Positions 35,622 through 44,622 of a DNA stretch of 64,000 nucleotides are shown here, in pieces (the stretch's first letter is position 1; each line of letters starts with the position of its first letter). Source of the stretch: Dehalococcoidia bacterium (GTDB taxonomy: Bacteria; Chloroflexota; Dehalococcoidia; Dehalococcoidales; W111). Both the position numbers and the translations under genes were made by a program. Below the pieces are notes generated by a model. That model did no database searches. It was given only the letters and a program-made list of their open reading frames with translations, and was not told the DNA's origin. The stretch covers positions 6,424 through 70,423 of the forward strand of contig DUEU01000069.1 of assembly GCA_011191985.1 (NCBI GenBank), in the 5' to 3' direction.

Positions 35622-36620
35622 ATGGCTGAATACAAAGGAATTCTGGTACATTGCGAGGTTGCCGAAGGCAAGCTAACCTCAATGGCTACTGAATTACTGG
35701 GCGGCGGTAGAAAGCTGGCTGATGACTTGGGAGAGCCGCTGAGTGCCGTCTTAATCGGCAGTGGTGTGGCTGGTCTGGCCCAGGAAGTCATCGCTTTTGG
35801 TGCCGATAAGGTATATGTAGTTGAAGACGCGTTAATAAAAGACTACCAGACAGACCCCTATATCATGGTTATGGAGAAGATAACCAAGGAAGCGATGCCA
35901 CAGGTCATTATGCTGGGGCAGACCTCTATTGGCCGTGACCTGGCCCCAAGGCTAGCCTTTCACTTGAGTACTACCGCAAACCTGGGCTGTCTGGAGCTGG
36001 CTGTCGACACAGAGACAAAGCGACTGCTACAGACAAAACCGGTCTATGGAGGCAATGCCCTGGCCATCTTTATTTCGGAAACCGATCCTCAGATAGCCAC
36101 CGTCAGGGCTAAGGCAATGTCACCCCTGGAACCGGACCCCGCCCGGAAGGGCGAGGTAATCACGGTCGACGCCGGCCTGGCCCCTTCGTTAATAAGAACC
36201 ACCGTACTGGAAAAGGTGCCGGAAGAAGTGGCCGGAATAAAGCTGGAGGATGCCGAGGTAGTGGTTGCCGGCGGCCGGGGCATTGGTGGGCCTGAGGGGT
36301 TCCAGCAGCTGGAAGACCTGGCCAAGCTGCTGAAAGGGGCCGTGGGGGCTACCAGACCACCCTGTGATAACGGCTGGGTACCTACCGGGCAACAGGTAGG
36401 GCTTACCGGTAAAATCGTAACTCCCGACCTTTATATCGCGGTAGCGGTTTCCGGCGCCAGCCAGCATATGAGCGGTTGCTCTGGCTCTAAAAATATCATC
36501 GCTATAAATAAGGACGAAGAGGCCAACATATTCCGGGAAGCCCGTTACGGTGTTGTCGGGGACTGGAAAAAAATACTACCAGCCTTTACCGAGAAATTGA
36601 AGGAGCTTCTGGCAGGCTGA
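35622..36620 (+). CDS. etfA: Electron transfer flavoprotein alpha subunit
   Basis: 332 aa with a C-terminal FAD motif (YIAVAVSGASQHMSG..INKDEEA.IF). Confidence 0.9.
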   Translation: MAEYKGILVHCEVAEGKLTSMATELLGGGRKLADDLGEPLSAVLIGSGVAGLAQEVIAFGADKVYVVEDALIKDYQTDPYIMVMEKITKEAMPQVIMLGQTSIGRDLAPRLAFHLSTTANLGCLELAVDTETKRLLQTKPVYGGNALAIFISETDPQIATVRAKAMSPLEPDPARKGEVITVDAGLAPSLIRTTVLEKVPEEVAGIKLEDAEVVVAGGRGIGGPEGFQQLEDLAKLLKGAVGATRPPCDNGWVPTGQQVGLTGKIVTPDLYIAVAVSGASQHMSGCSGSKNIIAINKDEEANIFREARYGVVGDWKKILPAFTEKLKELLAG

Positions 36621-36666
36621 AGGCTGGTTTCTTTACAAATCAGCGGATGTACTGGGAGGCCAAGTC

Positions 36667-37545
36667 ATGAGAAAAGCAAGATTAGTCTTTTTGTGCCTTT
36701 GTCTACTGAGCTTACTAGCCCTTATACCGTCGGGTCTCGTTCTGGCTCAGGAAGAGGAAGTAGAGGAAGTAGAAGTAGAAGAGGACGTTACACTGGAGGC
36801 CACCTACCGTAAGCTGGAGGACTCCTATCCGGGGATCAGCTTTGAATACGAGGTGGCTCTGAGCTACACCGGCCCGGAATACGGTTCCTCCCGGGAATTT
36901 GACCTGGCTGTAAAAGCACCGCCGGACTGGTCAACATATATTACGCCGCAATACGGCGACCAGAGACTGCTCAGCATCCCGCTGAAAGCGGGCATGGGTT
37001 CCTCGAAAATAAAGGTCTATGCCTCCCCACCAACATTCACCATGCCCGAGGCGGGGGAATACAGTATAACCCTGGACGCAACCTCTGATGAGGTCAGCGG
37101 CAGCGTTGAACTCCTGGCAGTAATTACCGCTACCTACGCCTTCAACCTGATTCCGGTGAACGACCTTTACAGCACCTCGGCCACCTCTGGCAAAGATAAC
37201 TTTTACTCTATCGTGATTCGGAACACCGGCAGCGATACTTTGGAGAATATAAAGTTCTCTTCAATCAAGCCGGAGGGATGGTCGATCGATTTCTCCCCGG
37301 AGCAAATAGACGAGCTATCGGCCGGCAGCTTGCAAACAATAGACGTGAACATCAAGCCCGCCGCCAAGGCTATTGCCGGAGACTATCAAATCACCCTCGC
37401 CGCTGACACTACTCGCGTCACAGAGGAATTTAAAGTAAGGGTCACCGTACAGACCCCCTCCATCTGGGGCTGGGTTGGTATAGGCATTATCCTGGTAGTC
37501 ATTGCTGGTGTGGTTTTTGTCTTCATGCGGTTCAGCAGGCGGTGA
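36667..37545 (+). CDS. Secreted NEW3/CARDB-like domain protein with C-terminal TM anchor, partner of the ABC-2 exporter
   Basis: Signal peptide, an acidic EEEVEEVEVEE stretch, a NEW3-like pattern (IRNTGSDTLENIKF..PEGWSIDFSP..L.AGS..TIDV.I.P...A.AGDY.I) and a terminal TM helix followed by RFSRR. Confidence 0.6.
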   Translation: MRKARLVFLCLCLLSLLALIPSGLVLAQEEEVEEVEVEEDVTLEATYRKLEDSYPGISFEYEVALSYTGPEYGSSREFDLAVKAPPDWSTYITPQYGDQRLLSIPLKAGMGSSKIKVYASPPTFTMPEAGEYSITLDATSDEVSGSVELLAVITATYAFNLIPVNDLYSTSATSGKDNFYSIVIRNTGSDTLENIKFSSIKPEGWSIDFSPEQIDELSAGSLQTIDVNIKPAAKAIAGDYQITLAADTTRVTEEFKVRVTVQTPSIWGWVGIGIILVVIAGVVFVFMRFSRR

Positions 37546-37549
37546 TGAG

Positions 37550-38485
37550 ATGAGCCTAAGTGCAGCGGTGGAAACCAGTGGTCTGAGCAAGGCCTACGAT
37601 GGGAAGACCGTAGTCGATAACTTGAGGCTTCGCATCGCCGAAGGAGAGATATTCGGTCTGCTTGGGCCCAACGGTGCCGGTAAAACCACGACCATCCTCA
37701 TGTTGCTCGGCCTGACCGAACCAACTTCGGGCACGGCTTCGATATACGGGCATAATCCCACCCGGGAACCGCTCCAGGTCAAGCGCCTGATCGGCTATCT
37801 GCCAGAGAATGTCGGCTTCTACGATAACCTAACGGCTAGAGAGAATTTGCAGTTCATCGCCGAACTGAATGGTATTGGAGAGGCCGAGGCCGATGCCAGG
37901 GTAACCGAGTTGCTTGATGCCGTTGGCCTTCACGATGTTAACGACCTAGTGGTGGGCAAGTACTCAAAGGGCATGAAGCAGCGTTTGGGGATTGCCGATG
38001 TCCTGATAAAAAGACCAAAGGTGGCTATTCTTGACGAGCCCACCGCCGGACTTGACCCGGAAGGGATAAACCAGGTACTTGACCTGATCACCGGCCTGCC
38101 GGAAAAAGGGGCAATGGTGATTCTGTCGTCCCACCAGTTATACCAGGTACAGAAAATATGCCATCGAGTGGGCATAATGTCCCAAGGCAAGCTGGTGGTG
38201 GAGGGCGCCCTGGACGAACTCGGTAAGAAGGTGGGCGGCGGTACGCGCTACCAGATAGAGGTGGAGACCACCGAGCCCGGCATCAGGGCAATAGCAATCA
38301 TCAAGAAAGTAAAGGGGGTAATCAGGGTAGAAACCAAGGGTAATATGCTGCTAATAGGCACCAACTCTGACCTGAGGGCAGAAATCTCCAAGGCGATGGT
38401 GAACAACAACCTGCCCTTGATCCAGATGAGAATCCAGACGCTTACCTTGGACGATATATATATGAGGTATTTCAAAGAGGGCTAG
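37550..38485 (+). CDS. ABC transporter ATP-binding protein
   Basis: Walker A (GPNGAGKTT), signature (YSKGMKQR), Walker B (ILDEPT). Start moved from 37502 to ATG 37550, 4 nt after the upstream stop. Confidence 0.9.
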   Translation: MSLSAAVETSGLSKAYDGKTVVDNLRLRIAEGEIFGLLGPNGAGKTTTILMLLGLTEPTSGTASIYGHNPTREPLQVKRLIGYLPENVGFYDNLTARENLQFIAELNGIGEAEADARVTELLDAVGLHDVNDLVVGKYSKGMKQRLGIADVLIKRPKVAILDEPTAGLDPEGINQVLDLITGLPEKGAMVILSSHQLYQVQKICHRVGIMSQGKLVVEGALDELGKKVGGGTRYQIEVETTEPGIRAIAIIKKVKGVIRVETKGNMLLIGTNSDLRAEISKAMVNNNLPLIQMRIQTLTLDDIYMRYFKEG

Positions 38486-38491
38486 CTCACC

Positions 38492-39376
38492 ATGAAAACG
38501 GTATTCCGGAAAGAGATGGCCGACCATTTCTCCAGTATAAGGGTGTTCATAATGTTTCTGTTGACCCTTTTTATCAGTGGCCTGGCCCTCTTTGCCGCTT
38601 ACCAAGGAATCCGGGGGACGGGAAGCGGTGGTTTCGTTTTCCTTAGGCTCTTCACAACTCAAATACCTGACTTCCCATTCGCCTTTCTGCTTATCTTCGG
38701 CAATTTTAACGCCCTATTTTTCATACCGATAATCGGTATCATCCTGGGCTTTGACTCCATAAACAGCGAGCAATCCGGCCGTACCTTGAGCCGAATCCTG
38801 TCCCAGCCCATTTTCCGGGATAGTGTCATCAATGGCAAATTCCTAGCCAGTATCGCTACCCTGTCAATTATGATAGTGATCTCAGTACTGCTGATTTCGG
38901 GATTCGGCTTGAGATTGATTGGCGTGCCACCGTCCTCAGAAGAAATCATCAGGCTCTTTTTATATCTCGTTCTTGCCATCATCTACGGGGGCTTCTGGGT
39001 AGGCCTGGCCATGCTGTTCTCCGTCTTATTTCGCAGCACCGCTACTTCGATACTATTTTCGCTTTTCGTCTGGATAATCTTCAGCTTTGGCGTGTTTATC
39101 GTAGCTTTAGCTGTTCCTGCACAAACATCCTCACTGCTGCTGCAGTTTTCCCCCAACTGGCTTTTTGCCCTGGCATCCGGGGTGCTCATGCAGCCCCAAC
39201 TTGGGGCCGGTATTGTGCTCGAGTTGGTGAGCAGCACCATACAACCCAATCCGCTATCACTCGGCCAGAGCCTGCTCCTAGTCTGGCCCCATCTCACTCT
39301 ACTGGTCAGCATAACCCTCATCTGCTTTGCCATTAGCTATATAGTTTTCATGAAGCGAGAGATAAGGTCCACATAG
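38492..39376 (+). CDS. ABC-2-type transporter permease
   Basis: 294 aa with about 6 TM helices, immediately downstream of the ATPase. Confidence 0.75.
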   Translation: MKTVFRKEMADHFSSIRVFIMFLLTLFISGLALFAAYQGIRGTGSGGFVFLRLFTTQIPDFPFAFLLIFGNFNALFFIPIIGIILGFDSINSEQSGRTLSRILSQPIFRDSVINGKFLASIATLSIMIVISVLLISGFGLRLIGVPPSSEEIIRLFLYLVLAIIYGGFWVGLAMLFSVLFRSTATSILFSLFVWIIFSFGVFIVALAVPAQTSSLLLQFSPNWLFALASGVLMQPQLGAGIVLELVSSTIQPNPLSLGQSLLLVWPHLTLLVSITLICFAISYIVFMKREIRST

Positions 39377-39391
39377 CATATTATTATTGAA

Positions 39392-39468
39392 CCCCTCACC
39401 CTTTATCCCTCTCCCCTTCACAAGGGGAGAGGGAAGAACTATTGAGAGAGGCTTCGCCTCTCTTCAAC
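39392..39468 (-). repeat. Double-hairpin REP/MITE-like repeat, copy A (inverted orientation)
   Basis: CCCTCTCCCCTT / AAGGGGAGAGGG 12-bp stem, a GAGAGAGGC / GCCTCTCTT stem, and a terminal GGGTGAGGGG box. It starts 15 nt after the ABC permease stop. Confidence 0.65.
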
Positions 39469-39503
39469 TCTTCTTGCTAACCGCTTCACTAAAATTTATG
39501 GTA

Positions 39504-39533
39504 TTGACAAATCAAATCAACAGGTACTAAACT
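39504..39533 (+). promoter_or_regulatory. Sigma-70-type promoter inside the convergent intergenic region
   Basis: TTGACA (39504-39509), 18-nt spacer, TAAACT (39528-39533), with an AT-rich upstream flank. No annotated gene lies downstream. Confidence 0.4.
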
Positions 39534-39586
39534 AACCCACTAACAAATGAAATGACCTTAATACAATCGAAAAAGGGTTGGTGAAG

Positions 39587-39664
39587 ATGAATATGGGTAT
39601 AGAGGTAGGGGTACCAGAAACGTTAGTTTCTAGCGGTGGCTGGTGCCCTTGTTATTGTTACTAA
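39587..39664 (+). CDS. Candidate 25-aa Cys-rich micro-protein MNMGIEVGVPETLVSSGGWCPCYCY
   Basis: Hand translation. ATG 39587 is preceded by GGTGA / AGGG, with in-frame GTG 39581 and TTG 39578 alternatives. TAA at 39662-39664. It lies about 50 nt downstream of the candidate promoter and is followed by repeat copy B hairpins. Too short for statistical support. Confidence 0.25.
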   Translation: MNMGIEVGVPETLVSSGGWCPCYCY

Positions 39665-39671
39665 GCAGGGT

Positions 39672-39748
39672 GTTTGAGAGGGGCGGTAGCCCCTCTTCCT
39701 TTATCTCCCCCTCTCCTTAATAAGGAGAGGGGGACTGAGGGGGTGAGG
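39672..39748 (+). repeat. Double-hairpin REP/MITE-like repeat, copy B
   Basis: GTTTGAGAGGGGCGGTAGCCCCTC hairpin, CCCCCTCTCCTT / AAGGAGAGGGGG hairpin, and a GAGGGGGTGAGG box. It lies 14 nt beyond the EF-G2 stop on the opposite strand. Confidence 0.65.
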
Positions 39749-39762
39749 TTTATAAATCCAGA

Positions 39763-41814
39763 CTACGCTTTCTGGGCCTGGCGTTCGGCGATTATCTTCT
39801 GGGAAACTTGGGCCGGTACCTCCTCGTAATGGCTGAATTCCGTTTTGTAGCTGCCCCTTCCCTGAGTGATCGACCGCAGGTCAATGGCATAGCGCTGAAC
39901 CTCGGCCATGGGTACCTGGGCCTCGATTACGTTCACCCCACCTTCGGGATTCATACCCTGTACGCGGGCCCGTTTGGTGTTGAGGTCGGCAATAATATCA
40001 CCGGTAAAGTCCTGGGGTACCGTCACCTTTATGTTGACTATTGGCTCCAGGAGAATCGCCTGCGCCTGTGATAGTCCCTTCTTAAAGGCCTGTGCCCCGG
40101 CAATCTTAAAGCATATCTCCGAAGAATCGACCGGGTGGAAGCTACCATCATAGACGGTTGCTTTTACGTCGATAACCGGATAGCGGGCCAGTATCCCTTC
40201 CTGAACCGCCTCATTGACCCCTTTCTCCACCGCGGGAATGTAGTTCTTGGGGATAGTACCGCCCACTATTCTGTCTTCAAACTCGTTGCCGTTGCCGCGG
40301 GGAAGCGGCTCCATCTCAAGCAGGACATGACCATACTGACCGTGGCCGCCGGTCTGTTTCTTGTGCTTGTATTCCGCCTTGGCCGGTACGGTAATCGTCT
40401 CCCGATAAGGGACACCGGGAGTATCCATTTCCACGGCAACACCGAACTTGCGCAGCAGCTTTTCGGCCGCTACTTCGAGGTGCGTTTCACCGAGCCCGGA
40501 GACGATAGTCTCCCCGGTGTCATGTGCCCGACGTACCGAGAGGGTAGGGTCCTCCTCGACCAGACGGGATAACGAAGCCCCCAGCTTGTCAACGTCGGCT
40601 TTAGTCTTCGGGTAAACTGCCTGAGCGAAGACCGGCTCGGGAAAGGTTGCCGGCACGATCTTTACCGGTTTTTCCCTTGTAGACAAGGTATTTCCGGTAC
40701 CGGTGACGTTTAGCTTGGCGACGGCGCCGATATCGCCCGCCTTAAGCTGGGGCACCGGCTCCTGAGTTTTACCTTTAAGGACAAAAAGTTGGCCAATGCG
40801 CTCAACGCCCTGGTGGGTGGCATTCCATATCTGAGAGTTGCTGCTGATAGAACCGTTGTAGACCCGGAAATAGGTAAGTTTGCCGACATAAGGGTCGGCG
40901 CTGGTCTTAAGGACAAGAGCAGCCAGAGGAGCATCCTCGCTCGGTTCGACGCCGGCTGATTCACCCTCAACAAGCACTTTGCACTCTCTGGGTGCTGGTA
41001 GATAGGCACTGGCTGCGCCCAGCAGTAGGCTGGCCCCGACATTTTGCAGTGCCGAGCCAACCAGAATGGGCATAGCCTTGCCGCTCGCCACTGCCTGCCT
41101 CAGGCCACGGCCAATCTCCTCAACGGTAAGCTCTTCCCCACCGAGGTACTTCTCTATCAGCGTGTCGTCCACCTCGGCCGCCGCCTCTATCAGCTTCTCC
41201 CGGTAGGAGTCTACATCACCCTGCATGCTGGCCGGTATCTCTGCTTCCTCAAGTGAGGAACCGAGGTAACTTTTCATCGCCAGCAGGTCAACAATACCCT
41301 TGAAGTCGGCCTGGGCCCCGACCGGCAACTGAATGGGGACGCATCTTATACCAAACAGTGCCCGGAGTTGCTCCAGAGTCCGGTAAAAATCGGCGTTTTC
41401 TCGTTCCATCTTGTTGATAAATACGAGGCGGGGCAGGTTAACCTGCTCGCAATACGACCATACCTGTTCCGTGCCGACTTCCACTCCGGAGGCGGCACAG
41501 ACGACGATGACGGCCCCCTCGCAAACACGCATCCCGGCCTTTACCTCACCGTTGAATTCGGGGTAACCGGGGGTATCAACAAGGTTAATCTTTATATCAT
41601 CCCGGTAACAGGGGAGCACGCTGAGATTGATGCTCATCTTACGTTTTACTTCATCTGGGTCGTAATCAGAGACAGTGTTGCCTTCATCAACCTTGCCCAG
41701 GCGGGTAACCGCCTTGGTGGTGAACAGGGCTGCTTCGGCTAAAGACGTCTTGCCCGAACTACCGTGCCCTAGCAAGACGATATTGCGAATATTATCAAGA
41801 CCGTACTCCTGCAT
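39763..41814 (-). CDS. Elongation factor G paralog (EF-G2-like translational GTPase)
   Basis: 683 aa with G1 motif GHGSSGKT (canonical EF-G has AHIDAGKT), DTPGY and NKMER. The domain II-V pattern resembles Thermus EF-G-2 as I recall it. Confidence 0.85.
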   Translation of the reverse strand: MQEYGLDNIRNIVLLGHGSSGKTSLAEAALFTTKAVTRLGKVDEGNTVSDYDPDEVKRKMSINLSVLPCYRDDIKINLVDTPGYPEFNGEVKAGMRVCEGAVIVVCAASGVEVGTEQVWSYCEQVNLPRLVFINKMERENADFYRTLEQLRALFGIRCVPIQLPVGAQADFKGIVDLLAMKSYLGSSLEEAEIPASMQGDVDSYREKLIEAAAEVDDTLIEKYLGGEELTVEEIGRGLRQAVASGKAMPILVGSALQNVGASLLLGAASAYLPAPRECKVLVEGESAGVEPSEDAPLAALVLKTSADPYVGKLTYFRVYNGSISSNSQIWNATHQGVERIGQLFVLKGKTQEPVPQLKAGDIGAVAKLNVTGTGNTLSTREKPVKIVPATFPEPVFAQAVYPKTKADVDKLGASLSRLVEEDPTLSVRRAHDTGETIVSGLGETHLEVAAEKLLRKFGVAVEMDTPGVPYRETITVPAKAEYKHKKQTGGHGQYGHVLLEMEPLPRGNGNEFEDRIVGGTIPKNYIPAVEKGVNEAVQEGILARYPVIDVKATVYDGSFHPVDSSEICFKIAGAQAFKKGLSQAQAILLEPIVNIKVTVPQDFTGDIIADLNTKRARVQGMNPEGGVNVIEAQVPMAEVQRYAIDLRSITQGRGSYKTEFSHYEEVPAQVSQKIIAERQAQKA

Positions 41815-41979
41815 CTAGTCACCTGCCTTTTCGCCATTCACCCTATTATTATAAGCCGTCCCCACCGGGACTATCAAGCAGGCGGGAAATGACCGCCGTT
41901 GCCGACAGCTAAGTACGGGTGTTATAATTAGCCAACCAGCGTAATTCTCCGTTTTCACGACGTAACCGGGGAGGAAACC

Positions 41980-42267
41980 ATGAAGCTGAGCCGTGATGAA
42001 GTGCTGCATATCGCCCGCCTGGCCCGACTTGGCCTGACCGAGAGCGAAGTGGACAAGATGCAAGAGCAATTATCCCATATCCTGGAGAACTTTGAGATAT
42101 TGCAGCGGGTGGATACCACGGACGTGCCGCCGACGGCGCAGTCCATTCCTCTCCAGAACGTGCTGAGGGACGACGAGGTGGCCGAATCCTTCCCGCCGGC
42201 TGACATTCTGAACAACGCACCCCGCCGGGAAGGGGACTACTTCAGGGTACGTCCCGTACTGGAATAA
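41980..42267 (+). CDS. gatC: Glu/Asp-tRNA amidotransferase subunit C
   Basis: 95 aa. MKLSRDEVLHIARLARL..., typical GatC. RBS GGGGAGG. Confidence 0.9.
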   Translation: MKLSRDEVLHIARLARLGLTESEVDKMQEQLSHILENFEILQRVDTTDVPPTAQSIPLQNVLRDDEVAESFPPADILNNAPRREGDYFRVRPVLE

Positions 42268-42299
42268 TCCACCAACCGTAAACGATTAAGGGGGCAAAT

Positions 42300-43757
42300 T
42301 TGACTGACCGCCGGCTGACCATCCATGAAGCAGGTAAACTGCTTAAAGATAAGCAAATTTCATCGGTGGAACTGACCAGAGCCACGCTGGAGCGCATCGA
42401 GCAGGTAGAGCCGAAAGTCCACGCCTGCGTTACTGTCGCCGGCGAGCGAGCTATGCAGCAGGCTGAGAAGGCCGATGGGCTTCTGGCCGCCGGTAACGGC
42501 CATCCCCTCACCGGTATCCCCGTGTTCATCAAAGACAACATGTGCACCCGGGGGATACTGACCACCTGCTCATCGCGGATGCTGGAAAATTTTATACCGC
42601 CATATGATGCCTTCGTGGTGGAGAGGCTGAACAACTGCGGGGCGGTAACTGTCGGCAAGACCAATCTGGATGAGTTCGCCATGGGTTCCTCCACGGAGAA
42701 CTCGGCCCTCTTTACCACCGCTAATCCCTGGGACCTGAGCCGCGTGCCCGGCGGCAGCAGCGGCGGCTCTGCGGCGGCGGTAGCCGCTGGCGAGGCGGTA
42801 TATGCCCTGGGCTCGGACACCGGTGGCAGTATCCGCCAGCCGGCCGGCTTCTGCGGTGTCACCGGTCTCAAGCCCACCTACGGACGGGTAAGCCGCTACG
42901 GTCTGGTCGCCTTTGCCAGTTCCCTTGACCAGATTGGCCCCCTGACCCAGGACGCTACCGACTGTGCCTTGGTGATGAATACCATCGCCGGCCATGACCC
43001 GAGGGACTCTACATCGGCACCCTACCCCACCCCCGACTACACGCAGTGTATTAATGGCGACCTGAAAGGGCTCAAAATAGGCATCCCCAAAGAGTATTTC
43101 GTGGAGGGCATGCAAAAAGAAGTAGCCGCAGCGATACGGGCTGCCATCGGCCAGCTTGAGCAGCTCGGCGCCGGTGTAGACTGGGAGGTGTCGCTGCCCA
43201 GCACCCCCTATGCCCTGGCGGTCTACTACATCATTGCCCCTTCCGAGGCTTCGGCCAACCTGGCCCGCTACGACGGGGTAAAGTATGGCTTCTCCTACGC
43301 CGACACCGACAACATGTGGGAGGCCCTGGAAAAGACCCGACAGCACGGCTTTGGTGCCGAAGTGAAGCGGCGCATCATGCTGGGAACATATGCCCTGTCC
43401 GCCGGCTACTACGACGCCTACTACCTGAAGGCCCAGAAGGTACGCACCCTGATACGGCAGGAGTTTGACCGTGCCTTTGAGAAATATGACGCCCTGCTGA
43501 CGCCCACCTCGCCCACGGTGCCGTTCAAGATTGGCGAGAAGACTGACGACCCGCTTCAGATGTACCTGAGCGATGTCTGCACCCTGCCCATTAACATTGC
43601 CGGGGTGCCGGCCATCTCCATTCCGGCCGGCTTTGCCGACGGGCTGCCCGTGGGCATGCAGATAATCGGCAAGCCCTTCGGCGAGGAGACCATACTCAAA
43701 GTAGCCCACGCCTACCAGCAGTCCACCGACTGGCACAAGAGAAAGCCTGAAATCTAA
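42300..43757 (+). CDS. gatA: Glu/Asp-tRNA amidotransferase subunit A
   Basis: 485 aa with the amidase signature ([26 protein letters not shown]). TTG start after AAGGGGG. Confidence 0.95.
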   Translation: MTDRRLTIHEAGKLLKDKQISSVELTRATLERIEQVEPKVHACVTVAGERAMQQAEKADGLLAAGNGHPLTGIPVFIKDNMCTRGILTTCSSRMLENFIPPYDAFVVERLNNCGAVTVGKTNLDEFAMGSSTENSALFTTANPWDLSRVPGGSSGGSAAAVAAGEAVYALGSDTGGSIRQPAGFCGVTGLKPTYGRVSRYGLVAFASSLDQIGPLTQDATDCALVMNTIAGHDPRDSTSAPYPTPDYTQCINGDLKGLKIGIPKEYFVEGMQKEVAAAIRAAIGQLEQLGAGVDWEVSLPSTPYALAVYYIIAPSEASANLARYDGVKYGFSYADTDNMWEALEKTRQHGFGAEVKRRIMLGTYALSAGYYDAYYLKAQKVRTLIRQEFDRAFEKYDALLTPTSPTVPFKIGEKTDDPLQMYLSDVCTLPINIAGVPAISIPAGFADGLPVGMQIIGKPFGEETILKVAHAYQQSTDWHKRKPEI

Positions 43758-43763
43758 GCGGGA

Positions 43764-43837
43764 GTTTGAGAGGGGCGAAGCCCCTCATCTCAACCTCCCC
43801 CTCTCCTTTGAAGGAGAGGGGGAACGAGGGGGTGAGG
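43764..43837 (+). repeat. Double-hairpin REP/MITE-like repeat, copy C
   Basis: GTTTGAGAGGGGCGAAGCCCCTC, CCCCCTCTCCTTTGAAGGAGAGGGGG and GAGGGGGTGAGG. It starts 6 nt after the gatA stop. Confidence 0.65.
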
Positions 43838-43890
43838 TCGTTAATAATTTTTAACCATCTATTCCCACCCACCACCCTAGAGGAGGTTGC

Positions 43891-44118
43891 TTGGACAACC
43901 TAACAGTCAGATGCTACTCGGGCCATACCTACGCTGAGAGACCGCAGTCCTTCTGCTGGGAAGGCAAAGAATACGAGGTGGCGGCAATAGAGAAAGACTG
44001 GCAGGAGCCAGGAAAGAAGTGTTTCCAGGTCCGCACCAGGGATAGCAAATTGTGCCAACTCTGCTATAATGATATGGAAAATACATGGTCAATCATTGAG
44101 CTCACAGGGGGCAACTGA
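43891..44118 (+). CDS. Small conserved-looking hypothetical protein (75 aa, 5 Cys)
   Basis: TTG start 5 nt after AGGAGG. Its stop lies 1 nt before the AsnC-family gene start. Confidence 0.5.
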   Translation: MDNLTVRCYSGHTYAERPQSFCWEGKEYEVAAIEKDWQEPGKKCFQVRTRDSKLCQLCYNDMENTWSIIELTGGN

Positions 44119-44119
44119 A

Positions 44120-44602
44120 ATGATAACCGAAATCCTAAAGGTACTGGAAAATGATGCCCGGGCCACCACCAAACAGCTCGCCGCCATGACCGGCCTCCCC
44201 GGCACCGAGGTCAGCCGGCTTATCAAGCAGGCCGAGGAAGACCGCATAATTTTAAAGTATAAGACCATGATAAACTGGGGCCGGGCGGGGGAAGAACAGA
44301 TATGGGCACTGATAGAGGTCAAGATAACCCCCCAACAGGAGGTCGGTTTCGACGCGGTAGCCGAGCGCATCTATCTTTTTCCGCAGGTACGCACGGCCTA
44401 CCTGCTTTCCGGCACTTACGACCTGCTTGTCGTGGTCACCGGCAAGACCATGCATGAGATAGCCGATTTCGTGGCCCAAGAACTGGCCCCCATTGAGGGA
44501 GTGCGAGGGACGGTGACCCACTTTGTGCTGAAGCGCTACAAAGAGGACGGCGAAATCCTCGAAGGTGGTGGGGAGGCAAAGCGGCAACCGGTAATACTCT
44601 GA
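44120..44602 (+). CDS. Lrp/AsnC-family transcriptional regulator
   Basis: N-terminal HTH (ILKVLENDARATTKQLAAMTGL) followed by an RAM domain. Start moved from 44069 to ATG 44120. Confidence 0.85.
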   Translation: MITEILKVLENDARATTKQLAAMTGLPGTEVSRLIKQAEEDRIILKYKTMINWGRAGEEQIWALIEVKITPQQEVGFDAVAERIYLFPQVRTAYLLSGTYDLLVVVTGKTMHEIADFVAQELAPIEGVRGTVTHFVLKRYKEDGEILEGGGEAKRQPVIL

Positions 44603-44622
44603 GCAGCCAGAGGAGCTATTAA

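Noticed and set aside
39552-39584. 10-codon uORF (MTLIQSKKGW) as an independent gene
   Set aside because: It is too short and has no RBS. I mention it only as a possible coupling element for the downstream micro-ORF.
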